From: Desulfobacteraceae bacterium
GTDB taxonomy: Bacteria > Desulfobacterota > Desulfobacteria > Desulfobacterales > Desulfobacteraceae
Length of the DNA: 64,000 bases
Reading direction: 5' to 3'
NCBI GenBank assembly: GCA_016744295.1
Contig: JADGEQ010000007.1
Location: forward strand, 127,652 to 191,651
The translations under genes and the position numbers were made by a program. Below the pieces are notes generated by a model that ran no database searches, was not told where the DNA came from, and worked only from the letters and a program-made list of their open reading frames with translations. Numbering within the stretch: position 1 is the stretch's first letter; every line of letters begins with the position of its first letter. Shown here one piece after another: positions 25,627 through 34,560 of the stretch.

Positions 25627-27830
25627 AGCCCGGGAAAGGTCTATATATCCAAATGTTCAGCATCCACGGACTGGTTCGGGCCAAAAACATGGCACTGGGA
25701 TATGACGCAGACACCGGCGGTCAGATAAAATATGTGGTGGAATTGTGCAAAACTCTGTCTGCCAGTGATCAGATCCGAAAAATAGATTTGTTCACACGGC
25801 TGATCAAGGATAAATCCTATTCCGATGATTATGGACAGCCCATGGAACAGGTGAATGAAAAGTTCCGTATTTTACGGATTCAGTGCGGAGGGAAAAAGTA
25901 TATTCGCAAAGAATTGCTCTGGCCCCATTTGGACGAATTTGTGGATAAAACCATTATTTTTATCCGGCAGGAAAAAGATATTCCGGATATAGTGCACGGC
26001 CACTATCCGGACGCAGGGCATGTGGCCATGGAGCTGGGAAGTTTCTTTGGTGTTCCCCTGGTTTATACCGGGCATTCCCTTGGCCGGTCCAAGCGAGCAC
26101 GGCTACAGGAGGATGGACAGGATCTTCACGAGATGAATCGAAAATTAAAAATTGATCATCGGATTGATACCGAGGAACATATTCTTAAATCCGCAGACCG
26201 GGTCATTGCCAGCACCCGCCAGGAAATTGAAGGTCAATACGGGATGTACCGAAACCGAACTCTGCCGACCTATAGGGTCATACCACCGGGCATCGGCATT
26301 GAGCGGTTTTATCCCTATTACCATGACACCTTTTCCAGCAGCAGGGAAGAAGAAGAGGCGCTGTATGCAAAGGCATCTGTGGTCCAGGAATTAAATCGAT
26401 TTTTTACCCACCCGGACAAACCGTTGATTCTGGTTCTCTGTCGTCCGGACAAACGGAAAAATATCCAGGGACTGGTAAAAGCCTATGGTGAAGATGCTGA
26501 ACTTCAGGCCATGGCCAACCTTGCCGTATTTGCCGGTATCCGGAAAGATATCTCCGATAAAGAAGAAACAGAGCGGAATGTTCTTACGCGAATGCTGTTG
26601 TTAATGGACAAGTACAATCTATATGGAAAAATGGCCATTCCCAAGAAACATGATTTTGAACACGAGGTCCCTGAACTATACCGGATTGCTGCTGAGAAAC
26701 GGGGCGTATTTGTTAACCCTGCGCTGACAGAACCCTTTGGATTGACCCTGCTGGAAGCGCTGGCCTGCGGTCTGCCCATTGTTACCACCAATGATGGCGG
26801 TCCAAGGGATATTGTTCACAACTGCAAGACAGGCACCCTGGTGGATCCCACAAACACGGTTGAAATGGCTTCTGCCATCAAGGATATCATTGTTCACCCG
26901 GACAAGTGGAATCAATTCTCAAAAAACGGCATCCTGAATACCCGAAAATTTTACTCCTGGGCAAGTCATGCCAAATCCTATTGCACGGAAATGAAAGAAA
27001 TTTGCCGCAAATATGAAAAATCCTTTATCACTGCAATAGAACCAAAACAGAGCATTGGCAAACGGCTGGCAAAACTTGATCATATGCTGATCACCGATAT
27101 TGACAACACCCTTTTAGGAGGAAATCTGGAAGAACGCCATCGGCTAATGGATTTGATTAAAAAAAACGCAGGGAAGATAGGGTTTGGTGTGGCCACGGGA
27201 AGAACATTTGAGTCTGCCCTGGATATTCTTAATATTCACGGGATAAAGATGCCGGATATTATTGTTTCCGGGGTGGGCAGCCGGATCAGTTATGGTGAAT
27301 CCCTAAATCATGACAAGGGGTGGGAAACCCATATTTCAAAAAACTGGGACCCAAACCTAATTGCACACCGGCTTAAAGAGCTTGATTTTATTCATCCCCA
27401 GGAAGCAAGTGCTCAAACGGCTTATAAACTCAGTTATACCATGGCACCGGGAAAGGACCAGCTGGCCAGGATTCACCACGTATTGACCCAAAACAGATTC
27501 AAGTATACCCTGATCTATTCCCAGGACCAGCATTTGGATATCTTGCCCTACAGGGCCTCAAAGGGAAAAGCCATTCGGTACCTGAGCTATAAATGGGGCC
27601 TTCCTTTGAAAAACATCCTGGTATGCGGCGATTCAGGGAATGATGCAGAAATGCTAAAAGGTGAATCCTTGGGGGTTGTGGTGGGAAATTACAGTCCTGA
27701 GCTTGAAATGCTCAGATCTGCGAAACAGATATATTTTGCAAAAAAATTCCATGCCGGCGGCATGATGGAGGGTATCCTTTATTATCAATTTATCCAGAAA
27801 GCAAAGGGAATAATGTCCGATGACAATTAA
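25623..27830 (+). CDS. sucrose-phosphate synthase (GT4 glycosyltransferase) fused to an SPP-like HAD domain
   Basis: 735 aa with an N-terminal SIHGLVR...GYDADTGGQIKYVVEL block, the GT-B motif EPFGLTLLEA, and a C-terminal HAD DxDxT motif (ITDIDNTLLG) and GDSGND. ATGA overlap with the kinase gene. Confidence 0.85.
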   Translation: MKPGKGLYIQMFSIHGLVRAKNMALGYDADTGGQIKYVVELCKTLSASDQIRKIDLFTRLIKDKSYSDDYGQPMEQVNEKFRILRIQCGGKKYIRKELLWPHLDEFVDKTIIFIRQEKDIPDIVHGHYPDAGHVAMELGSFFGVPLVYTGHSLGRSKRARLQEDGQDLHEMNRKLKIDHRIDTEEHILKSADRVIASTRQEIEGQYGMYRNRTLPTYRVIPPGIGIERFYPYYHDTFSSSREEEEALYAKASVVQELNRFFTHPDKPLILVLCRPDKRKNIQGLVKAYGEDAELQAMANLAVFAGIRKDISDKEETERNVLTRMLLLMDKYNLYGKMAIPKKHDFEHEVPELYRIAAEKRGVFVNPALTEPFGLTLLEALACGLPIVTTNDGGPRDIVHNCKTGTLVDPTNTVEMASAIKDIIVHPDKWNQFSKNGILNTRKFYSWASHAKSYCTEMKEICRKYEKSFITAIEPKQSIGKRLAKLDHMLITDIDNTLLGGNLEERHRLMDLIKKNAGKIGFGVATGRTFESALDILNIHGIKMPDIIVSGVGSRISYGESLNHDKGWETHISKNWDPNLIAHRLKELDFIHPQEASAQTAYKLSYTMAPGKDQLARIHHVLTQNRFKYTLIYSQDQHLDILPYRASKGKAIRYLSYKWGLPLKNILVCGDSGNDAEMLKGESLGVVVGNYSPELEMLRSAKQIYFAKKFHAGGMMEGILYYQFIQKAKGIMSDDN

Positions 27831-29268
27831 AAATAAAATTCAATTGATTACCTATCCTGACAGTTTCGGTGCCAACCTGCCCGAGCTGCATTATGCATTA
27901 CGCAAATATTTTTTGAAGGCCATTGGCGGGGTTCACCTGCTTCCCTTTTATCCCTCCTCTTCAGACAGGGGATTTGCCCCCTTAACCTATGATGAAGTGG
28001 ACCCTGCATTCGGCACCTGGGAAGATGTGGAAAAGATCGGCAAGGATTTTGATCTGATCATTGATTTTATGGTCAATCACATCTCGCGCCAGTCTGTTTT
28101 CTTCCAGGACTATATTGCAAAAGGGCCTGACAGCGAATATGCAGATATGTTCCTAAGTTTTGATAAACTTGCCCCCAATGGCTGGGTAAAGGATGAGGAC
28201 CTGGAAAAAGTTTACACCCGAAAACCCCGGCCGCCCTATCAGACATTGGAACGGCCCAATGGTACCCTGGAAAAAATATGGTGTACCTTTGATCATGAAC
28301 AAATCGATCTGGATTATAATTCCCCCAAAACCCGGGAAATTATGCGTAAATTTTTGATCCGGTTGGTCAGAAATCGCCCTAAAATGATCCGGCTGGATGC
28401 CATTGCCTATACCACCATAAAACTGGGTACCAATTGTTTTTTTCTGGAACCCAAGATCTGGGAATTGCTGGAGTGGTTCGACGATTATGCAACAGCCTTT
28501 GACACCCAAATCCTGCCGGAAGTGCATGAACATTATTCATACCAGTTAAAACTTTCGGCAAAAGGATACTGGTGCTACGACTTTGCCCTGCCCATGCTGG
28601 TTCTTCATGCCCTGTATATGGGGAAAACCCGGACGTTAAAGTCCTGGATGAAAAAATGCCCCAGAAAACAGATCACAACCCTGGATACCCACGACGGAAT
28701 CGGTGTGGTGGATGTAGACGGTTTGTTGAATCCGGATGAAATTGATCAAACCATAAAAAAATTATATAAAAAAGGCTCCAATGTAAAAGAATCATATTCC
28801 GGACCCGATTATCAGAACCTGGATATTTATCAGGTAAATTGTACCTATTATTCTGCTTTGGGATGTAATGATGACGCCTATATTGCTGCCAGAACCATCC
28901 AGTTTTTTTCACCCGGAGTCCCCCAGGTATATTATGTGGGACTGCTGGCAGGTGAGAATGATATTGAACTGCTGGAAAAAACAAAATTGGGCAGAAATAT
29001 CAACCGCCATAATTATACATTGGAAGAAATTCGGGAAGATATTAAAAAACCTGTAGTGCAAAGACTTTTAAAACTCATGGAATTTCGGAACTCTTATCCT
29101 GCATTTAATGGGGATTTTAACTTGTTTAAATCCAAGAACACGGAGTTGAATTTAGAGTGGACCCATAAAAAACATATTGCCACCGCCTACATCAATGTGA
29201 AATCCTATGAGACAAGAATTACCTATACGGATCCTGTTGCTTCTCGAATTGTCAATTTTGAGGTTTAA
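27820..29268 (+). CDS. sucrose phosphorylase family (GH13_18) enzyme
   Basis: 482 aa: IQLITYPDSFG...GGVHLLPFYPSSSDRGFAPLTYDEVDPAFGTWEDV...DFMVNHIS, RLDAIAY, LDTHDGIGV. Confidence 0.8.
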   Translation: MTIKNKIQLITYPDSFGANLPELHYALRKYFLKAIGGVHLLPFYPSSSDRGFAPLTYDEVDPAFGTWEDVEKIGKDFDLIIDFMVNHISRQSVFFQDYIAKGPDSEYADMFLSFDKLAPNGWVKDEDLEKVYTRKPRPPYQTLERPNGTLEKIWCTFDHEQIDLDYNSPKTREIMRKFLIRLVRNRPKMIRLDAIAYTTIKLGTNCFFLEPKIWELLEWFDDYATAFDTQILPEVHEHYSYQLKLSAKGYWCYDFALPMLVLHALYMGKTRTLKSWMKKCPRKQITTLDTHDGIGVVDVDGLLNPDEIDQTIKKLYKKGSNVKESYSGPDYQNLDIYQVNCTYYSALGCNDDAYIAARTIQFFSPGVPQVYYVGLLAGENDIELLEKTKLGRNINRHNYTLEEIREDIKKPVVQRLLKLMEFRNSYPAFNGDFNLFKSKNTELNLEWTHKKHIATAYINVKSYETRITYTDPVASRIVNFEV

Positions 29269-29312
29269 GACTGCAGGGTTAGTTATTGCCCCCAAACAAT
29301 TCAGCGCAATGG

Positions 29313-30992
29313 TTAAACCTTAAACTGCTTCATCAGGGTCAGAAATTTTTCCGCCATCTCACTCAATGCCGAGGCATTCTCATTAACACTGCCCGAGTTC
29401 TCCTGAACCTGGACAGAGACATCCTGCACCCTGGTAATATCCCTGGCAATTTCCTCAGCCACCTGGGCTCCCTGGTTCACATTTTGGTTCACCTGGGTTA
29501 TTTTTCCAGATACCGCATTAATACTTTTTGCGATTTCCAGAGTGGTGACATTCTGTTCTTCCACGGCTGCTGCTATGCTGGACATGGCATCATCGGAAGA
29601 TTTGACAAGATCTGAAAGACCCATAACCTTTTCAGTCAATGCCCCGGAGGTGGTCTTGATCCAGGCAAGTTTTTCATCTGCTTCAATGGTGGACTGACTG
29701 GTTTTAGTGGCCAGATCCGTAATTTCAAAGGCGACCACGGCAAATCCTTTACCCGCCTCCCCTGCCCGTGCTGCCTCAATCTTTGCATTCAGGGCCAGCA
29801 TGGAAACCTGCTCTGAAATGGACCGAATCTCATCGGTTACCTCATCCACATCATTGGCCCGGGATCCCAATTCTTCAACCATCGAAAGAATGTTGTCAAA
29901 GGCCGCCACCACCTGTTCTATTATAACTTTTGATCCGGTAGAACCCTTGGAAATTTCACTGACAGTGGCACTCATCTCGTCAACGGCAGCCGCAATTGCA
30001 TTCAAAGATTGGGTGGCACCTTCCATTGTCGATGCAATCGTCTGGTTACCCGCACTCATCTCTTCGGCTGCTGCAGATACATTGCGGGTCATTTCAGAGG
30101 CTTCCCGACTGGATGCATTCAAATTATCTGCGATCTGACTCAGCTGACTTGCCGAAGAAAAAATAGTTCCCGAATTATCCACTATCTGCTGAATGGTCTG
30201 TCGAAGTTCCCGGGTGACCAAATTTATTCTGGAAAGGATATGGTTAACTTCATCTCCTTGTTCAATCGTATATTCATGGGTAAAATCCTTTTGCCGCATC
30301 CTGGAGGTGGCATCCAGAACCAGAAGAACCTTTTTGTTTACCAGAAAATGAAAGAACATCCACACAAAAAGTATAATGACACAAAGGCCTGACACTCCGA
30401 TTAGAATACTGGTATTTCTTCCCCTTTGAATACTCTGGTTCATGGATGTCATGGAAGAGAATGCGGAAATCCCCCCCAAAACCTTTCGGTTTTTACCGTG
30501 GCAATGGAAACAGCGGGGTTCGTTGAGAATTGGATCATTTTCCATGGCATAAATTTCCCTGTCCAGAGTCACCTGGAAAGAAGCATTGGATGCCTCACCC
30601 GTTTGCAGCATGGAATCAAGATCCGCTTTAGCTCCCTCTCCCAAATAATTTTCCAACGGTTTTCCCACAGAATGAATATCTGAGCTAAAGGAAATGATAC
30701 CGTTAAAATCATAGACAAAAACTTTAAACCCGTTGATTTTCTCATCGAGCGCCTTGAACTGGCTTCTGACCGTATCATTATCACCAACGGCAAGGGCATC
30801 AAACATCCCCCCCTCAACAGCCAGGGCCATGATCTTATTCTGGCTTGTCAGCTGATCTGTTCCCAATCTGCTTTGAAATGAAATATTGTACCAAATGGTT
30901 AAAAACATCACCAGAATAACGCTCAGAGCGACAGGGATCAATACCCGAAGCCACAGCCTTCTGTTTATAAATCTAAGCACTAATTTGAACAT
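29313..30992 (-). CDS. methyl-accepting chemotaxis protein with a periplasmic CXXCH (c-type haem) sensor domain
   Basis: 559 aa: TM1 (res ~13-35), a ~160-aa periplasmic domain with C161-F-H-C-H165 (complement of 30498-30512), TM2, HAMP, and the conserved MCP signalling hairpin (EEQNVTTLEIAKSI; LALNAKIEAARAGEAGKGFAVVA). Confidence 0.9.
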   Translation of the reverse strand: MFKLVLRFINRRLWLRVLIPVALSVILVMFLTIWYNISFQSRLGTDQLTSQNKIMALAVEGGMFDALAVGDNDTVRSQFKALDEKINGFKVFVYDFNGIISFSSDIHSVGKPLENYLGEGAKADLDSMLQTGEASNASFQVTLDREIYAMENDPILNEPRCFHCHGKNRKVLGGISAFSSMTSMNQSIQRGRNTSILIGVSGLCVIILFVWMFFHFLVNKKVLLVLDATSRMRQKDFTHEYTIEQGDEVNHILSRINLVTRELRQTIQQIVDNSGTIFSSASQLSQIADNLNASSREASEMTRNVSAAAEEMSAGNQTIASTMEGATQSLNAIAAAVDEMSATVSEISKGSTGSKVIIEQVVAAFDNILSMVEELGSRANDVDEVTDEIRSISEQVSMLALNAKIEAARAGEAGKGFAVVAFEITDLATKTSQSTIEADEKLAWIKTTSGALTEKVMGLSDLVKSSDDAMSSIAAAVEEQNVTTLEIAKSINAVSGKITQVNQNVNQGAQVAEEIARDITRVQDVSVQVQENSGSVNENASALSEMAEKFLTLMKQFKV

Positions 30993-31010
30993 GATTTACC
31001 CTCCAGTACA

Positions 31011-31469
31011 TCAATGGGCACCACCGTAGAGGAGCGGTTTAAAATCAAAGGCATTGATTCTGTCTTCACTGTGGCAACTTTTGCAGCTTTCCATGGTAAC
31101 TTCCCGGACTATCGCCTCCGGCTCCTCGGTTTCGGCATGGAGGCTGCCCGGCCCGTGACAAACCTCACAACCCGGATTTTTTAATCCCGGGGTTTGACCC
31201 TCGGATATGAAACCGCCCTTTTGCTTATAGCCGGTTGTATGGCATTCAAAGCAGGTCTGGTATTCCTCGGGCGACAGTTTTTTCTCCATTTTTTTGATAT
31301 GGTCAAAGGAACTTGCTTTTTTCGAATATTTCATAAAATTATCATATTGCTGTTCATGACACTCTTTGCAGACTTCCGATCCCACATAGTTTTTTTCCCC
31401 TGCCGGCAGATCACTGGCAATCGCCAGACCTATTATGCCGGCACAGCCGATTATCAAATATTTATTCAT
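31011..31469 (-). CDS. small periplasmic tetrahaem cytochrome c
   Basis: The track ORF extends to 31769, but that part overlaps the helicase 3' end. The likely start is MNKYLIIGCAGIIGLAIA (ATG at complement of 31467-69) behind a GGGAGGG RBS. Four CXXCH motifs are present: CKECH, CFECH, CEVCH, CKSCH. Confidence 0.8.
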   Translation of the reverse strand: MNKYLIIGCAGIIGLAIASDLPAGEKNYVGSEVCKECHEQQYDNFMKYSKKASSFDHIKKMEKKLSPEEYQTCFECHTTGYKQKGGFISEGQTPGLKNPGCEVCHGPGSLHAETEEPEAIVREVTMESCKSCHSEDRINAFDFKPLLYGGAH

Positions 31470-31519
31470 CCGCCCTCCCAGGGGTGTTGAGCCTTTAAAA
31501 AAACAAATTACAGGTGACA

Positions 31520-31548
31520 TTTTATATTGAAAACAATCTAAAAACGCA
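31520..31548 (-). promoter_or_regulatory. possible promoter of the cytochrome-MCP pair
   Basis: Minus strand: TTGCGT (complement of 31543-48), 17-nt spacer, TATAAA (complement of 31520-25). Confidence 0.35.
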
Positions 31549-31560
31549 AGATCTATATAC

Positions 31561-34560
31561 CTACCATTGAACCGGAATCCGCACCTGGTGTTCAGCCTTA
31601 TTCTTAAACAATAGAAAATGATTTTTATTGCCAAACCGGTACAAATCCCGGGTGACCCTGACATCCTGGGTGCAATATTCAACAATTTTGTCGATTTGGC
31701 CCTGTTTCCACCATTCAAGGGCCAGAAGACCATTTGCACTTTTTTTACAGCCCAGGGTCTGCTGGGCAAGGTGATCCAGAGACAACCGGTAGCCCAGAAC
31801 CTCGTGGACCTTCATGAGAAGATCCAAGGTGGGTAAAGAATTAAAATCAAAATGACTCAGCCCGGACAGCACCTTATAATCAAAGGGGATGATATTAAAA
31901 CCGATCACCAGATCCAGTTCCAGCAAATGCTGACAAAGGGACTGGATATCCGCCTGTAAAAATGTATGAAATTGATCTGATTTAGAATCATAGAGCACAG
32001 CACAACTGACCCCCATGCGCTCGGCCTTGTTCCATCCTCCGACTTCCTGGGCCGACCGACGGGTTTCAATGTCCAGAACACCATATCTTAAGTTCGCTTT
32101 TAAACCAGGTTCAAGATCAGGTTCCAGGATTGGCTTGGGGGAAAGGGCAACATTTGATGGTCCAATCTCTTGGTTTTCTTCTGGTTGTAACACATTGGAA
32201 TCATGTAAATGTGTCCGGGGATACTGTATTTGGGGGAAAGGCTCGAATGCAGTATCCAAGAGTAACATTTCCAGTATGATTTTTGAGGAAAATTTATCAA
32301 TGGGCCTGTTACCGGAACCACATTTTGGAGAGTGGACACAGGCAGGACACCCGGTATCACAGGGGCAGTTGACAATCACATCAAGGGTTTGTTCCAGCAG
32401 GATATCGGCCTTGTCAAAGGCCTGCTTTGACAACCCCATCCCACCGGGAATGCCGTCATAAATAAAAACAGCTGCCCCCCCTGTCTGGGAATGGAAGGGA
32501 GTGGAAATTCCCCCCAGATCATTTCGGTCCGTCATCACCAAAAGGGGCATGATACCGATGGCAGCATGTTCCAAGGCATGGATCCCCCCCATGAAATGGA
32601 GGCGGTCAGACTCAACTTTATCCCTTACCCTATCCGGGATTTCAATCCAGATCCCCTGGGTTTCAAATTCAAGTTTTGGCAGATCCAGGGGGACAATACC
32701 CAATGATTTCCGGGTGGCTGTGAGTTTTTTCTCATAACCGGTCACCTGCTCGGTAATCTTCAAAATACCATATCCCACACGACTTGCCTTTATCATGCAC
32801 CCATCCAGTTGCTTGATTATGGCGGTGGACTTGGAAGATCTTGCCCGGGTGTAATAGGGCATCTCTTTTCTAGTGGCCATCACAATATTTTTTTCATGGT
32901 CAAACCGGGTAATGAGGTAGGATTTTCCATTGTGAAGATAAACCGCCCCTTCATGGGTTTCAAAATAGGACCTGTTTTTATCAATATCCCCGATATTCTG
33001 CTGGGTATCTTCCCGAAAAATGGGGATGGTATTCCCGGTTCCCCTGAGACTGACCTCCCTGTGGGGTGATTTTCTCGGGCTGTACCAGATGCCGCCCTCA
33101 CGGCTTCGAAGCAGCTTTCCCTTGTATTCCATGGAAGTGACCATTTTTCGAACCCTTATATCCTCCAGAAAAGCCTCTCCTTGTTTCAGACTCAGCTCGG
33201 CAGCGGCGCAGGCAAGGTGCTGTTTTAAAATAATGGCATTGTCCGGGTTGATAATGGCTTTTTCCGGAGGCATATTAAAAAAAACATCCGGATGGTTGAT
33301 AAAATACTGATCCAGGGCGTCTTCATGGGCAATGAGAATCATTGCGGAATGTTTACCGTCCCGCCCCACCCGTCCGGCCCGCTGCCAGGTGGACATGATG
33401 GTGCCGGGATATCCAACAAGGACACACAAATCCAGGTTGCCAATGTCAATTCCCAACTCCAGGGCAGAGGTGGACACCACCACCAGCAGCTCTCCTGTGG
33501 CCAGTTTTTTTTCAATGAGACGCCTTTCCTCGGGTAAAAATCCAGCCCGGTAGGCGCAGATTTTATCGGCAAATCCCCTGGCTCTCTGGGAAGCCCAGAT
33601 AGCAATTAGCTCGGTCATCTTCCTGGACTGGGTATAGACAATGGTCCGAAGCTGTCTTGCAACAGCAGAATGGATCAGGGCAATGGCTGTCTTTGCAGCC
33701 CCTTCAAGCCCCCGCATCATGAGAACATCCTTTTGCCCTGTAGGAGCCCCCTGCTCATTTACCACCGCAACAGAAAGACCGGTGAGTTTATGGGCAAGGG
33801 AGGCGGGGTTGGCAATGGTGGCCGAACAAAATATAAAAACGGGTTTTGACCCGTAGAGGCTGCAGATTCGCAGCAACCGCCGAAAGACCCAGGCCATGTT
33901 GGACCCCATCACCCCCCTATAGGTGTGAACCTCATCAATCACCACATATTTTAATTGTGAAAAATAGGTTTCCCAAAGGTGATGGTGGGCCAGCATGGCC
34001 AGATGCAGCATCTCTGGATTTGAAAGTAGCACATGGGGCGGAGATCTTCTGATCTTGGCTTTCTGATAGGCTGTGATATCCCCATCATAGACCGCTGCTG
34101 TGAGCTTCCTAGGTTTTGTGCCAGCTTTTAGTATAGATGGTATATCAGATTTTACATCCAATTGTATACCGGGGGAACCCGCCAGAGTTAGTAAATTCTG
34201 GACCGTATCCAGCTGATCCCTTGCCAGCGCTTTTAAGGGAAAAAGATATAGGGCACGGGATTTGGGGTTTTTCAAAAGTTCATCCACCACGGGCAGGTTG
34301 TAAACCAGACTTTTCCCCGAGGCGGTCGGGGTGGCAATCACGGTGTGAATACCCTTTTTTATCAGATCAACCGCTTTTTTCTGGTGGATATACAGTTGGG
34401 TTATCCCAAGGGCCCCAAGCAAAGGGTCAAGATCATGGGTCAGCCCAAGCCCCGGCTCTGCAAAAACAGGGGGTCTGGGGGCTATTGTCTTGTGGCAGAC
34501 AATATCCCCTGCAAACCCTTTATAGTTTTTAAGGGAATTGATATAGTCGTCAAGACTCAC
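31561..34560 (-). CDS. MrfA/YprA-type DEAD/DEAH helicase with a DUF1998 Zn-finger domain, fused to a C-terminal MrfB/YprB-like RNase H-fold 3'-5' exonuclease
   Basis: 999 aa, GTG start. Helicase motifs I TPTASGKS and II VIDEVH are present, plus the DUF1998 Cys4 cluster CPCDTGCPACVHSPKCGSGN. After a ~70-aa linker, the last ~176 aa (complement of about 31564-32091) carry exonuclease motifs VLDIET, GFNIIPFDYKVL and YCTQDVRVTRDLY. Confidence 0.85.
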   Translation of the reverse strand: MSLDDYINSLKNYKGFAGDIVCHKTIAPRPPVFAEPGLGLTHDLDPLLGALGITQLYIHQKKAVDLIKKGIHTVIATPTASGKSLVYNLPVVDELLKNPKSRALYLFPLKALARDQLDTVQNLLTLAGSPGIQLDVKSDIPSILKAGTKPRKLTAAVYDGDITAYQKAKIRRSPPHVLLSNPEMLHLAMLAHHHLWETYFSQLKYVVIDEVHTYRGVMGSNMAWVFRRLLRICSLYGSKPVFIFCSATIANPASLAHKLTGLSVAVVNEQGAPTGQKDVLMMRGLEGAAKTAIALIHSAVARQLRTIVYTQSRKMTELIAIWASQRARGFADKICAYRAGFLPEERRLIEKKLATGELLVVVSTSALELGIDIGNLDLCVLVGYPGTIMSTWQRAGRVGRDGKHSAMILIAHEDALDQYFINHPDVFFNMPPEKAIINPDNAIILKQHLACAAAELSLKQGEAFLEDIRVRKMVTSMEYKGKLLRSREGGIWYSPRKSPHREVSLRGTGNTIPIFREDTQQNIGDIDKNRSYFETHEGAVYLHNGKSYLITRFDHEKNIVMATRKEMPYYTRARSSKSTAIIKQLDGCMIKASRVGYGILKITEQVTGYEKKLTATRKSLGIVPLDLPKLEFETQGIWIEIPDRVRDKVESDRLHFMGGIHALEHAAIGIMPLLVMTDRNDLGGISTPFHSQTGGAAVFIYDGIPGGMGLSKQAFDKADILLEQTLDVIVNCPCDTGCPACVHSPKCGSGNRPIDKFSSKIILEMLLLDTAFEPFPQIQYPRTHLHDSNVLQPEENQEIGPSNVALSPKPILEPDLEPGLKANLRYGVLDIETRRSAQEVGGWNKAERMGVSCAVLYDSKSDQFHTFLQADIQSLCQHLLELDLVIGFNIIPFDYKVLSGLSHFDFNSLPTLDLLMKVHEVLGYRLSLDHLAQQTLGCKKSANGLLALEWWKQGQIDKIVEYCTQDVRVTRDLYRFGNKNHFLLFKNKAEHQVRIPVQW

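Noticed and set aside
31470-31769. The 100-codon N-terminal extension of the cytochrome c ORF (31011..31769)
   Set aside because: It overlaps the 3' end of the helicase gene in another frame and contains no signal peptide. A strong GGGAGGG RBS and the signal peptide MNKYLIIGCAGIIGLAIA start at 31469.
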